Below are positions 39,901 through 53,700 of a stretch of DNA of 64,000 nt, one piece after another. Under the pieces are notes generated by a model. It was given only the letters and a program-made list of their open reading frames with translations, did no database searches and had not been told where the DNA came from. How positions within the stretch are numbered: the first letter of the stretch is position 1; each line of letters starts with the position of its first letter. The position numbers and the translations under genes were made by a program. Source of the stretch: Chiloscyllium plagiosum (taxonomy: Eukaryota); contig NC_057753.1 in the NCBI RefSeq assembly GCF_004010195.1, forward strand, positions 13,133,446 through 13,197,445, in the 5' to 3' direction.

Positions 39901-41649
39901 TGTTCCTCCAATTACCTTAAAATTATACCCCCCGTGGTAGCCATTTCCGCCCTGGAAAATGTATCTGGCTATCTGCTCTGTCTATGCCTCACATCATACC
40001 TTGTTTTAAATTTGGATGTCATTATGAATCAATGATACAGTGTAGTCAAGACACAGGTGCAGAGGGACAATCCACTATCCTTGACTGTCACCATCAAGAA
40101 GAGATTTGACCTTCTATTCTGAAATGTATAGGCTCACAGTTCGTTACTAATCACTGGTAGTGCTCATTGGTGCTACAGTCACTGTGGACATATTTTAAAC
40201 AACATTAGACACGCATTCTTAAACTAAATAAGAATTCAATGTAGGCTGCCTATACCAAGGTCAGGAATGCTACCAATGTGCGATAAGAATCCTTAGTTCT
40301 GAGCGTTCTATTATCGGAATCAGAATGCATTCAGCTGCTCTGATGGAAACGTCAAGTGCAGTATCTCTGTGGATACAGTCACTGACATTGAGAATCCGCT
40401 GTAATGACATTAGTCTCTGTCAAGTAGATCTATAGCAAGTAGGCAACAATATATGTTTTCCTTACATCATGTTGTACTCTCATGATCCTCAATCTATTTC
40501 CAATTTTACTGATCGTTGCAACACATATTCCCTATCAAACGTGCAATGAAGGCGTTTTATATCTTTCCCTGCACCTCGGTGCATTGTCAGCAACAATATA
40601 ACAGCGAATCTCAGACATTGACTGCTGCAAATTCTCAAACGAAATCCATTTCAATGGTGAACAAGTGCCCGTTATGAAAGAAAAATCTAAGCATTGCTGT
40701 GAAAAATAAATGTTGGTATTTCCCGCCTTGCATGAATGAGGACAGGCACAAAATAACTCCAAATTTCAAGTGCCCTATCAATTTCAACTGCAGGAGAGCC
40801 CGGTTTCGATTTCATTCTATTTCTCGCTGACCGTGGAATAGGTGTTGAATTGTAGAATAAAGAAGCAGTTAACTGATTGGCTGACATGCAAAACAATGCA
40901 TCTAAAATATTGATTGGAAGTTGCCTGGTGCTTCCGTTCAGAACAAACTATCAGCAGAGATACGGATAACAGGTACATCTTCCTATCTGATCATGAATAA
41001 CTATTTCAGGGAGAACCAATTTATTTTCAAATTTGTTATCATGTCTGAGAAAACATTTCGTTGCATGGTTTTTACTTTTTACAAGCGCTGATCAAGTGTC
41101 ATCTAACTTTACATACCATCTTCCTCTCTCTCCATGAATTCTGCCGGATGCGCTGTGGTTTCAGGCCTTTTTTTTTTCTTTCTATACTTATCAGTTAATC
41201 ATCACAATGGTCATGTTACACGACAAATTCCAAAATTAAGCTATCTCTTTCATTTTACATCATCGAAAGACAGAAATTTCAATATATTGATTTGTAGTGA
41301 AGTACACTATATGTACGCCATGTGGCACCAAGTTGAAAACGTTTGCTTTCAAATTGAGACAGGGTCCTCCAGGTCAATGGAAATAAGCGTCCGGCAAGTA
41401 TTTATAGAAGGATGTCCCAGCACGAACCGCTCACACTGATTTAAGTCATTTATTTAACAGACACAGGACTCATTAACCTGCTGATAATCAGCAGATGTCC
41501 CTCTTCACTACTGCAGGTGTCCGTGAGAGTACACTGCCATTAGATGTCAATGGTAGCTCATTTAAATAATTTGAATTAATCATAAAATGCACAATCTTAT
41601 TCCAGCAGTGCATAATGTGATAAATGTTATATTTTCTTTCCAAAATAAA

Positions 41650-42830
41650 TGATAATAGACAATAGGTTCAGGAGGAGACCATTCTGCCCTTTGAGCCTAC
41701 ACCACCATTCAATTTGATCATGGCTGATCATCCTTAATCAGTATCCTGTTCCTGCCTTATCTCACATCAAATTTTACCTAGCTCTTTGCTAAGTCGGTTT
41801 GGACTTTCCAGTCTGTCTTTCTCAATTTCTTCTTCTAACTTTATCTGTTTGTTTCTCTCTTTTTATGTTTGGGCTATTCATTCTTTTGCTTTTCCCTTGC
41901 TATCATCTGGAATTTAAGCGGTTTCATTTGCGTTTGAATTTTAACTATTTCTATTAACTCTGCATGCATTTCTGGCAATTTTAAACGCTAATCTGTTACA
42001 ACAATAACCTCCATCTCCAGCTTGTTTGCCAATTTTAAAACGTCTGCCTTCATCACGTTTGGTAGGTAAGCCGGCGTTTCCGCAAACTTTGTCAAGGCAC
42101 TCATCATGTAAATCAGCCGAAATCTACGCAAGAATAGAGAATTCCAATCCGGACCACTAAAATTCTTTAAATCCAAAAGTTCAAACTCCAATATTGAATT
42201 AGAGATTTTGATTCCAGACCAGATTCCCCATTAGTTATAGACCGGACTAAAACTCATATCCCCCAAATTGTTTTCATTACATAACCTAGACTGTAACTTT
42301 TACATTTATTTCAAGGTAGTAGCTTCCAGTAATGATTCAACCAGTCTACGACTAAATAAAAACACATTCTATGCTTAGTGCACAATTAATATACCAAAAA
42401 AAGACACAACTTTAAATCTGTTAAAGTACTTAACAATGTAATGCATTTTTAACAACTAATTATCAACTGTTCCAGTATAGACAGTGTCCATCAAACACAT
42501 CCTTTGGCAAAAATCCAACTCAGCAAGGCATTTTAGTTTTCCTTGAGTCCTTCCTAATCTGGAGGAAAGAAACAATCTGATCCTTTTGATATTTAAGGGG
42601 AGGTCCCACTATCTAAGGTTTCACTCTCACAGCCAGAAAGTCACACCTTTGCTTCAGAAGTGAGCAGAGAACTCGCACTAACAGGGAGCAAAAATTGAGG
42701 ATGAAGGGCAAATGGTCGTAATGTCGATTCTCCTGATACTCGGGTGCTGCCTTACCGGCTGTGCTTTTCCAGTTTCCTATCAGCCAACCAACTTTCAATC
42801 CAAGTTAGTGCTTTGCCCCCAATACCATGC
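41650..42830 (-). mobile_element. CR1 tail followed by Gypsy gag N-terminal relic and LTR
   Basis: CR1 3' tail at 41650-41765; minus strand NVMKADVLKLANKLEM and a purine-rich coiled-coil-like region; LTR-like from about 42234; absent from paralogue at about 11.3 kb. Confidence 0.55.
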
Positions 42831-43603
42831 GCCCTATTCGTCATGAAATTTAGAAACTTCTATGGAAAAAAAAAATTCGGCTTGTAAGATACAGAATGTA
42901 ATAAAAATCAACTTGCCACAACACAGTATGTTCTACTCTAAGGAGCATCTTTATTATTGTCTTTTTATATCTTTATTATTGTTTGATGATTATTAGTGGA
43001 TGTCCGACACAGCCAATTGTGGATTTCAAATGTGAATCTTCTATTCATTCAACATTTCATATAACTGTTGAAGAAGCTGCATTTAACACCCAACCTGGGA
43101 AAGGATTTTAACATGTACGTTGTGAGCTGGCGGTCTCTGCGGCTTGTTCTGATTATTTCTCTCAAATGTGTGGAAGGAAAAGTTCGGCATTTCATTTATA
43201 TGTGCTACTCAGTCAGCAATTCCTGTTAATGAGAAAACATTATTTCTGAACTAACATACCGACAGAAAGTTTTGCATTACCAGAAGTCCACAAGTAAAAT
43301 GTAATTTCTCTCGTGATGTAGAATTTCACTGCCTGTACCGATGGGAAGTTATGATATTGGAGTAGCTTAGTGGGAAACAAGATCAGAAACAGAGCTCCAT
43401 GGATGGGTTTGTGCAGTTCATTCTTAGCAGGTTTGCATTCGAAGCTAACATATTGATGTATCTCTGAATAGTAGCTAACTTTAAGTTATCGTGCATTTTT
43501 TTTTCAAACTTAAAGTCACTCCTCTGACTCTTCCTCTGGAGCTTAATTGTTCCTTCTGTTTCAAGGTGTGAATGAGCCTTCTTTAACTGGCACTCTCAGC
43601 GTG

Positions 43604-43643
43604 AGTTTTTGTAGGGGCTGTGCCATTACTCTGTATCAGTGTG
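43604..43643 (-). other. RSS, 24-bp spacer, variant heptamer
   Basis: Minus strand CACACTG (43643-43637), spacer 43636-43613, ACAAAAACT (43612-43604). Confidence 0.85.
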
Positions 43644-44123
43644 AGCGTCATTGCACAGAAATACATGGCACAGTCAGAGATGATGGCCATGCTGATTGTT
43701 AACTCCGCATGCTTCGTGGATTTCGTAAATTTGAAAGCGAATCGTTCAGGAACATCTGGATTCTTCTTGACAATGTTTTCTCCAGCTATATAAACCATGT
43801 ACCTTGGAGGCTGCCCTGGCAGCTGACTGTACCAGTGAACATAAGGGTTGGGATCGCTTGTCTTCAAACTGCAGGTTAGTGTGACATTGCCTTCCTCTTT
43901 AACTGCCAATTCAGAGTCTGGCTGTTCCACCGTATCTTGCTGACTCCATTCTAAGAAAAACAAAAAGCAATTTTCAAGATTACGTCCATTACCGTCATTG
44001 TTTTCCGAATATTAACCCTTAGGTTGCAAACATCTGTGTCTGGAGAAATGGAATATTAATGGGAAACAAACACTTACTGAGAATTGAAACAATGATGAGG
44101 AGTGGTGTGAGAATATTCCTCAT
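43644..44123 (-). CDS. TRAV: T-cell receptor alpha/delta V segment, intact (exon1 44123-44078, exon2 43950-43644); paralogue of 10053-10531
   Basis: Leader MRNILTPLLIIVSIL with GTAAGT donor; KWSQQDTVEQ...VTLTC...VHWYSQ...ISDCAMYFCAMT. Confidence 0.92.
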
Positions 44124-46391
44124 GGTGCACTCTGAGTATGTAATTCTGCAGTCTGGAAAATCCTTTGTCAGAGATCCTGATCAAAGCTGTTTCACTCGAT
44201 GAGTAACAGTGACGGCTACTGCGATCTCTGCAGTATCACAGAGAAGGGAAGGCGCGTCAGAGACAAGGCAGCAAACGGAAGCTGAGGGTGGATCTGCAGC
44301 AGATACAGCTCTGAGTGAACTCATTATGCCGTGTCAGAACAGAAGGTGAACAATGCCGTACAGCCGCATCCAGAAGGGTTGAACGTTGAAAAGTCTGATA
44401 CAACCCTGCCCGAGCAAAGAATCACCAACAATCAAATATGGAGGGGGGCATAAATGATCAAGGATTTCATAATTACATAATACAGGTAGAAGCTTATTCC
44501 GTCAATTATAACTGTAGCTGCTCTTTGAAACATGCTTGTATGTAGTTTCACAGCCACAGCTATTGTTCTGCAGCTGTGCAAAATTTATCACCTTCTACGT
44601 GTCTTTGCAATAACATTCTGAAAGTTAGCATTGAATCAACGTCCACTTACATTTGAAATTCTAGATTATAATAAGATTCAATGTGTAAAATCAAGTGTGT
44701 TTCTCTTGTCAATGCTACTGATCGTGTTCCACGGATTACTGAACCCCGAACAAGTGAAAGTAATTTGGCATGATGGATTCTATCAACCCAACGTATTAGC
44801 GCTCAGCAGTTCAGTAAAATTTTCATTAACCTTAAGTTGACAGGAGGAGAATAATATTTTCTTCTCTAGAATTCGCGTGATTCAGGTGTCTGATTATCTT
44901 TCATTTCTCCAAGTCAGTAAACCAAATCATGCACCCTTCCTGATCTCTGGACTGCAATCCAAATCCAGCTCCGCATCTGTTTGGTCCACTCCCAACTTTT
45001 CCCTCTTTCTGTCTCCTCTGTTCTTCTGCGGTTGTCAAGCTCCTGTCTACATATTGCGAATCAAATCACTGAGGCTGATTCGGGGTTTTGGGCTTCCAAA
45101 GGATCTTTGTCATTAAGAAAAGATACAAGATTAACCAATACCTTCCCAGGTTCTGTAGTTCTAACGAGGTTGCTTTTTCTCTCTCGTTGCCCAGCTTCAA
45201 TTCCTGTTGAGGAAACAATGATATATTCTTTTTGTGCAAACTGTTAAAGTGAACGTGAATTCCTGGCATTAAAACAGCAAATTTAGAGACAAAGCAGTTC
45301 TGCCGGAATCAATAATGGATTCACAGCACAGGTAAAAACACCACCCTGGGCCGGAAGAAAGCATGCCGTCCCAATCAAAGTAACCAGCTGTAACCGTCTA
45401 GGATGATACATATTGGATTCATAGGTGTTTTGTTATATTTTTTCTTTCGAATTTTACAATGAACCTTCAGGCGAAAGTATGCATTTGCTACAATGGGGAT
45501 TGGGACCATTTTGAGACCCACAAAGGAAAACTTGCCGAGGGTGAAAGAAGTCTCAATAGTGACAGGCACTCAGATTGGAAGGAGGCTTCCTATCTAGCTA
45601 AGATGCTATTCCCTTTGGGGGCACAAATTTCTAGATCCTTGAGAATGATCGGAAACGAAAAACTAAGGTTAATTTTATATTCTGAGCGAGTCATCAGGTG
45701 CATTATTAAAGTCAGTGATACAGAATGACAAAGACAATAAAATTTGGTGCGCTGAGAACAACTTCACTGAGTCCTAAAAACATCGCTTTTACCACTCAAT
45801 CACCACAATGACTTGGAAATATGTATAGATGATATTCATTTAGGCTATGCTGAAAAACATTTCACAGCCGTGTATCTGCCGGTTGGGTGCAAAACAAATC
45901 AACAGATTCCTCACAATTGGGGTTTCTTATTCTTCTAATCAGAACCCATATCGCTACTACCATACTTGCTTATTGCAGGACGCACAGAAGCACCTGAAAT
46001 GGGGAACCAATTTCAAACCCGCGGTTCAAAGATTCGGAAACGTAAACCCTCCGATCAAGCGCCTTCTAATGGATAGCTGTCGTCACTTCAATGGGACATA
46101 AGCACCGCAACAATGTGGGACCTACAGGCTCCTCCACACTCATTTTTCAATGTTAGGTCCTGGTGGATCACGATCCCTAATACGAGATCTCCACCTGATC
46201 CCGGTAGATTTTCATTCATTTACAGCCACAAATATCTCTATCTCAGACTTCGATATGCACTGAGCATCCACACATATATGGGTTAGAGAAATCGAAAGAT
46301 GTACAACCCCTTGACTCAATTAAAACCCATGCATGCACTTGTTGAGGCTGCATCTCTACAAGAAGTGAGTCAAGGGCAGCATGCCAGAGTT

Positions 46392-46457
46392 GGCCCAGTG
46401 GTGCAATGGATAACGTTTCTGATTACAAATCAGGAGTTTGAACTCTTTCGCAGCTCA
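46392..46457 (+). pseudogene. tRNA-Arg(ACG)-derived pseudogene
   Basis: GGCCCAGTGGTGCAATGGATAACGTTTCTGATTACAAATCAGGA resembles the 5' half of vertebrate tRNA-Arg-ACG (GGGCCAGTGGCGCAATGGATAACGCGTCTGACTACGGATCAGAA); anticodon arm mutated and T-arm partly deleted. Confidence 0.7.
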
Positions 46458-46934
46458 GGTGTAGTTTAAAGTTGTCTCTCGTTTCTTCACTCTCTGTCTG
46501 CATGGACAATTCATGTTGCTCCATAGTCACATTTTTCATATTGTTATTGAAATAGATCTCCGTTTCCTGTGTTAATTTAGATAAGTGCTTCATCATTCCC
46601 CCTACATATATTATGAAGAAGCACTTAGTTCCAACAGAATATTACAGAAGCAAATTTAATCTCATTCAGACTTACACTTCCTCCTCAATGTTATTATCCA
46701 TTTTCGTCAGCATGTGCTCCTAGATTTCATATTGGTCTCACTCTGAAATCAGGTTCATTTCAATGCCCAACACAAAGTGAATTGCAAACCAGATGGACGA
46801 ACAATGGGACAGAAGTTTCTCAGTGATGCAAATCCCATGGAGAGTTCATTTACAGATTCACAGCAGTGAACTATTCAATCACATCAATAAATCTTGCTGG
46901 GAAAAGTTTTAAGAAGTTGGTCTGACTTTTATTT

Positions 46935-47020
46935 CTGGATTAGTGGTGCTGGAAAAGCACAGGAATTCAGGCAGCATCCGAGGAGCAGTAAAATCGACGT
47001 TTCGGGCAAAAGCCCTGCAT
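46935..47020 (-). mobile_element. Short Penelope 3'-end fragment with truncated hammerhead
   Basis: Minus strand GGGCTTTTGCCCGAAACGTCGATTTT but the CUGAUGA box is lost. Confidence 0.7.
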
Positions 47021-47269
47021 TTCTGATCATTCACTCGCTGATTATGTAAATAAGGTTGGAGGTTTAGTGAGCGAGCTATAATCTCACTGTTCTACTTTTC
47101 TTCTACTCCTTAACCATGAGCTGAGGGAGGGCGAATCATTGATGGGTTTGTTTGAATCCAATCACTTCATACATTTCTCAGTGTTTGATCTAACTCCATG
47201 GAAAGTTAGATTATCAACAGATTTCCAATGGACTTCCATTAAAAGGAACATATATAAACACTGCTATAG

Positions 47270-49940
47270 TTACTCATAGATTCACACGGTCAGATAAATG
47301 TACAGCACCGAAGCAGGTCATTCGGTCCAACTCGTCCATGCCGACCAGATATCCAAACGCAATCTCATCCCACCTGCCAGCACCCCACTCATAACCCGCC
47401 AAACCCTTCCTGTTCATATACCCATTCAGATGTCTTTTAACTATTGCAATTGAACTAGCCTCCACCACTTCCTCTGGCAGTCCATTCCACACACAATCCA
47501 TCCTCTACATGGAAACGTTGCCCCTTAGGTCTCTTTCATATCTTTCCCCTCTCACCTTAAACCTATGCCCTCTAGTTCTGGGCACCCCGCCCCATGGAAA
47601 AGGCCTCCTCTATTTACCGTAACCATGCCCCTCATGATTTTATAAACCTCTATAAGGTCACCCCCTCAACTTCTGACGCTCCAAGGAAAACAGCCCGAGC
47701 TCATTCAACCTCTCCATATCGCTCAAATCCTCCAACCCTGGCAACATGCTTGTAAATCTTCTCTGAACCCTTTCAGAACATCCTTCCGATAGGAAGGAGA
47801 CCAGAATTGCGCGCAATATTCCATAAGTGGCCTGATCAATGTCCTGCACAACCGCAACATGACCTTCCAACTCCTGTACTCAATACTCTGATCTAAAAAG
47901 GAAAGCATACTAAACGCCTTCTTGACTATACTAACTACCTGCGACTCCATTTTCAAGGAGATATCTGCCTGCACTCCAAGGTCGCTTTGTTCAGCAACAC
48001 TCCCAAGGACCTTACCATTAAGTACATACGTCCTGCTAAGATTTGTTTTCCCAAATGCAACAACTCGCATTTATCTAAATTAAACTCCATCTATCACTGC
48101 TCAGCCCATTGGCTCATCCAATCAAGATCCCGTTGTAATTCGAGGTAACCTTCTCTGTTGTCCACTACACCTTCAATTTTGGTGTCATCTGCAAACTTAC
48201 TAACTATACCTCTTAAGTCCAAATCCAAGTCATTTCAATAAAGTAGTGGACCCAGCACTGATCCTTGTGGCACTCCAGTGGACACAGGCTTCCAATCTGA
48301 AAACCAACACCCCATCACCACTCTCTGTCTACTACCTTTGAGTCAATTCTGTATCCAAAAAGCTAGTTCTCACTGCAGTCCATGAGATCTAACCTTGCTA
48401 ACCAGTCTCCCATGGGGAACCTTTTCAAACGCCTTATAGATCATGCCCAAATAGATCACGTCTACTGCTCTGCCCTCATCAATCCTCTTTGTTACTTCTT
48501 CAAAAAAATCAATCAAGTTTGTGAGACATGATTTCCCACGCACAAAACTATGTTGATTATCCCTAATACATGTGCATCCTGAACCTCATGATTCCCTCCA
48601 ACAACATGCCCACACCGAAGTCAGGCTCACTGGCCTTAGTTCCCTGACTTGTCCTTACCACCCTTCTTAAATAGTGGCACCACGTTAGCCAGCCGCCAGT
48701 ATTCCGGCACCCCACCTGTGACTATTGATGATACAAACGTCTCAGCAATCACTTCCCTAGCTGCCCACGGGGTTCGAGGGTACCGCTGAGCAGGTCCTGG
48801 AGATTTATCCACTTTTATGCGTTTCAAGACATCCAACACTTCCTCATCAGTAATGTGGGCATTTTTCAGGATGTCACCATCTATTTCCATTCTATATCTT
48901 TTATGTCTTTTTCCACAGTAAAAACTAATGCAAAATACTCGTTACACTTCCTCATCAGTAATGTGGGCATTTTTCAGGATGTCACCATCTATTTCCATTC
49001 TATATCTGTCATGTCTTTTTCCACAGTAAAAACTAATGCAAAATACTCGTTAGTATCTCCCCCATCTCCTGTGGCTCCACACAAACGCTGCGTTGCTGAT
49101 CTTTGAAAGACCCTATTATCTCCCTAGTTACCCTTTTGTCCTTAATGTATTTATTAAAAACCCTTTGGATTCCCATTAACTCTACTTGCCAAAGCTATCT
49201 CATGGACCCTTTTTGCACTTCTGATTTCCTTCTTAAGTACACTCTTATTCCCTTTATACTCTTCTAAGGATTCACTTGATGTATCCTCTCTATACCTGAC
49301 ATATGCTTCCTTCTTTTTCATAACCAAACCCTCAATTTCTTTAGTCATCCAACGTTGTCTATACCAAACACTCTTTCCTTTCACCCTAACAGGAATATAC
49401 TGTCTCTGTGCTCTCATTATCTTATTTCTGAAGGTGTCCCATTTTCCAACCTCTGAATATCTGCCCCCAGTCAGCTTTTGAAAGTTCTTGTCTAATCCAG
49501 TCAAACTTGGCCTTTTTCCGATTTAAAACTTCAACTTTTAGATCTGGTCTATCTTTTTCCACCACTATTTTGAAAGTAATAGAGTTACGGTCGCTGGCCC
49601 CAAAGTGCTCCCCCACTGACACCTCAGTTAGCTGCCCTGCCTTATTTCCAACGAGTAGGTCAAGTTTGGCACATTCTCCAATAGGTACATCCACATAATG
49701 AATCAAAAACATTTTCTTGTACATGCTTAACAAGTTCATCTGCATCTAAACTCTTAACAATATAGCAGTCCCAGTCTCTGTTTGGAAAGTTAAAATCCCC
49801 CACTATAACCACCCTATTATTCTTATACATAACTGAAATGTCCTTACAAATTTGTTTCTCAATTTCCCTCGGATTATTAGGGGATCTATAATACAATCCC
49901 AAATTGGTGATCATCCCTTTCTTATTGCTCAGTTCCCACT
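47270..49940 (-). mobile_element. CR1 LINE ORF2 (APE endonuclease and RT) with 3' UTR, degenerate
   Basis: GLYYRSPN...VGDFNFP; LDLLVGN...EHFGASD; KSPGP...WRLANVVPLFKKG; KFADDTK; LIRPLMEYCAQFWSP. Multiple stops and frameshifts. Confidence 0.92.
48836..49052. repeat. Tandem duplication 2 x 108 bp within the CR1
   Basis: Units start at 48836 and 48944 (ACACTTCCTCATCAGTAATGTGGG...); nearly identical. Confidence 0.9.
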
Positions 49941-49944
49941 CAAT

Positions 49945-50298
49945 GAATAAGAGTTCTGTTTAGAGAATAATAACTGCCCTTCTAACTTCAATCTGTAAGT
50001 ATCTGCTCCGTTTCTTGTACTGTGTCTTAAAGGTGTTTGCTTATTGGGACTGTTGTTTATATTCGGAGAAGCATACTTAAGTCTAGTTTGCATAGATTGA
50101 GTTCTGTAGTGGTTCTTTATTCTGTTCTTCGTGTTTTACTGTGTGTTTTTGTGATTTTTTTGTCTGGTTTAAAACTGGCAGTAAATCTCGCTAAACCTGG
50201 GTAATTTTCACTGTTCACTTCCCGAAACAAATCACAAAGATATGGTCTGGGCTGCCAGCTTATGAACTTTTTGAGTGGTCTGACCTAGTCCATAACAC
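49945..50298 (+). mobile_element. Probable Gypsy LTR 3' part; related pieces at about 52100-52667(+) and 53757-53900(-)
   Basis: T-rich sequence ending GGTCTGACCTAGTCCATAACA; the reverse complement TGTTATGGACCAGA begins at 53757. Confidence 0.45.
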
Positions 50299-53200
50299 CA
50301 CATTATCTAACTGTTCCTATTTTACTCGACTACTTATTTGTATCGTTTTTGTGTCTCTCCTTCTCTCTTTGTCTTAATCTTTATCTGATTCTTGGTTCTC
50401 TCGATTGCCTGAATCCTAATCATTTCTCCCCTATCTCAGAGTCTCTCTTTCCTTCTACAATGCGCCAGAAAAGTACGAATTGTAGAATGTTCAATTTCTC
50501 CTCGTGTGGCATTTTATCGAGTTCCACAAAATTTAGTGATGTGTGAATCAGAACAGTTATAACAGCCTAAGTAGAATTTGAGTTAATAAACAATAATCTG
50601 CGTTTCTTAAAATGAAAAGCAGTGACAGCGTTATTTGTTGAAGACGATCAGCGTCCACGATAACTTTCGCACTAATCAAAATTAGCTGATTAACACAAAA
50701 CTGTGTTGGGCCTGAAGTGTAGTCGATGGTATGATCATAAATAAATAAATATGGGGAAAAAAACTATTCAATCCATAGATTCTGTTCCAACATTCATTGA
50801 GATCATGGCTGATCTGGTAATCTTCAACTGCACGCTCCTTCCTGTTCCCCAGAGCACTGGAGTCCTTTGCCACTTGAAATTCTGTCTATTTTTAACTTCT
50901 GCCTTAAAGTGCAGAATGTCAATTGAACTTGTAGCGTTCCAGTTGCCAGCCACATTTCCTCTTAATCCAAATAAGCAAATTGGATGTAGGAGTATCCTAT
51001 GATGTTTTTGAGTTCGTCTTCATTGCAAGGTATGTGAGTAAAGGAAAAAGGAAGTCACTGCAGTTTTACAGGGCATTGATAAGGTCACACCTGGATTCCT
51101 CTGCACAATTATCTATCCTTTCCGAAGAAAACATATAGTTTTCAGAGAGGGAGTGCAGTAAGCATTCAACAGACTGATTCCAGGGATGAAAGGTGGTCAA
51201 AAAAGGAGATCATGATGCAAGATATTTCCACTGGTCAGCTCATGTACATTAAGGGGTCTGATCTCAGTCTAAGCAGTAGGCCTTGTCAGACTGAGATAAG
51301 GACAATATTGTTCAATCACAGAGTAGTGAACCTGCGAAGTTCTCTGCCAAATAAGGTGGTTAGTGTGAATTTACTTAATCCGTTCAAAAAAGAAGTATGA
51401 AGCTATCATTATTTCTAACAGAGTCGCGGTGCCTTTGCTGTTTGCAATGACATAAAATCGCTTTCATGTTAAGAGCTTGTGCATGAGCAATAAATACTTA
51501 ACTGCTGAACGGGAATAGAACCCCAAACATGGCAGTCAAAGAAATGAATCTGAGGCACTGGATCAACAGAGAAACTGCAATGGATCTGTGTATATTTTCT
51601 TAATGATATTGATTTTATTTAATTCGCGATCACCAGAGTAGAGATAACCCGATAATTGATCAAGTGGTCGATTTTTTTTACAGCATGGAAAGAGGCCATT
51701 CAACGAATCATGTCAGTGCTGGTCATCTAACCTTCATCCATTTTAGCTCCAATTTCCAACACTTGACTCTTCATCTAGTCTGCTCTGACGTTTCAAGTAC
51801 TTACCTGAATAATTCTTCAATGTACTGAAGGGTTCAATGGAACAAAAACAGTTCTTTCAGCCAATAACAGGAGCCTTTGTTGTTCACTGGAACATGAAAT
51901 CCACACTTGCACCTTTGAGACAGTTCCAAAAGACTGAATTCTTTCTCGGAACCATTCCTCTCTTTCCCAAATGTGTGTTTCAGTTTCAAACTTGTTCTAT
52001 GATGTACCTTGGGCCGCTTCATTTGTGATTATGTTTCTCCTTAAAATGATTATGTTGTCCTTTTTTACCAGGAGTTCATGAAAATGTAAGTTCTGAAATT
52101 TTTGTGTTTGGATGCGTTTTAGGGCCAATTTGATTATAGTTAACAGAAACTGCCTCAGGCAAAAACCTTTTGAGTTTAAAAAAAACACTCGTACAATGAA
52201 AGGGGAGTAGCCAGTTCTCCCAGCTCAGCTGTTCTTTCATTTGTTTGTTTTTTGGCTGTCTGGCTATTTACTGAAAGCAGTCAGCAATCGTGAAGCTGGT
52301 GGATGCAGAAGTTTTGTCAATGTCGAAAGCTTTCTCTAATACCTCTCATATAAGACATTGGGTTTGAGTTTACCTTTTGCATCAAGCGGTGTTTATGGGG
52401 ATTTAACAATTATTGGGAACAGCAGCATTAAGTTGAGATAGTCTGTTGGTTTTTGGATAGTTTATGTTATTCTGCTTTCTGTTCTCTTTGGTTCGTTTTA
52501 CATTGGGTAATCTTGCAAATAAATTCAGTTTTATCTAAAGGAAAGTGATGTAACCAGCTCTATCACCCCGGAATATTCACATTGCACCTGCTTCTGACAA
52601 GTAGCAAAGTTAGGGTCTGTGCTACTTCCTTGAAATGTTTTGATGAGATCTGGTCTTTTCCAAAACACTGTGAACTTTCATAACTCCTTAAACTTTTGGG
52701 ATATCTCCAGGAACAGCAAATCTTTTAGCTTCGCAGGCATTTCAATCATCCAGCTACATTCTAATCATTTAAACTTCTGCTATTGGAGGTCTTATCGCTT
52801 TTCTGTATATGTGTCGTTATCTCTGATAAAGAAATTAGGTTCCTGATTAGGTAAATAATACCGATTACACTACAGAAATGCTCCATTACATAGAACATAA
52901 TTTGCGATATCATCAACTATGAAAGTGTTCTATCCATGTCCATCTCTCTCTTAATGTGAGAACATTCAATGTCAACGAGTATTTTCAATGAAGTGGTGGT
53001 CACTGCCTTTTTGAGGAAGGGAATTCGAAACACTCACGAACCTCTGCAGAAAAATATTCCCCTTCTCTCTGTCTTAAATGGATAGCTCTTTTAAAAATTG
53101 ACACGCTCAGTGAATGACCTCCAGCTGCAGTACACCTCAAAAGTATCTCTTCAATATATTTGCTAGAAGAAACTTCGAACAAAAGTGACACCTTCCCAAA

Positions 53201-53423
53201 TATCTGCTGTTTTTGCAGCAGCTTCAATTTACCAGCAGATGTTGGCATTCTATCATTTTAATCAGAAGGCAACCACATGGTGCAATGCTTTGACGTTGTT
53301 ATTTCTTCCACCTCAAGCCAAATGCATCTCCCATTGCGTGCAGAGATGAAAGCAAACACAATCAAAGACACGCACACGCCCGCAGACAAACAAAACAAAA
53401 ACACAGACGCACACAGGTATGCA

Positions 53424-53700
53424 GGTGGCACGGTGGCTCAATGGTTAGTACTGCTGCCTCACAGCCCTTGGGTCACAGGTTCGGTTCCAGCTTCGGGTGA
53501 CTGTCTGCATGGGGCTTGAACATTCTCCCTGTGTCTCCGTGGGTTTCCTCTCACAGTCCAAAGATGTGCACATCAGGTAGATTGCCCATAATGTTAAGTG
53601 CATTAGTCAGAGGGAAATGGGTCCGGGTGGGTTACTCTTCGGAGGGTCGGTATGGACTAGCTGGGCTGAAGGGCCTGTTTCCACACTGTAGGAACTCTAA
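53424..53700 (+). mobile_element. HE1/V-SINE-type tRNA-derived SINE
   Basis: GGTGGCACGGTGGCTCAATGGTTAG A-box, GGTTCGGTTCC B-box, core CATTCTCCCTGTGTCTCCGTGGGTTTCCTC...CCAAAGATGTG, tail GAAGGGCCTGTTTCCACACTGTAG. Confidence 0.85.

Larger units (their letters stand above)
7590..45300. repeat. Large imperfect inverted segmental duplication (left arm about 7.6-24.2 kb, right arm about 25.55-37.9 kb, extra inverted unit about 37.9-45.3 kb)
   Basis: Colinear reverse-complement matches seen by eye: 22.0-24.2 vs 25.55-27.36 kb; 12.3-19.15 vs 27.36-36.44 kb; 7.6-9.5 vs 36.44-37.87 kb; about 8.9-16.2 vs 37.9-45.3 kb. Confidence 0.85.
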
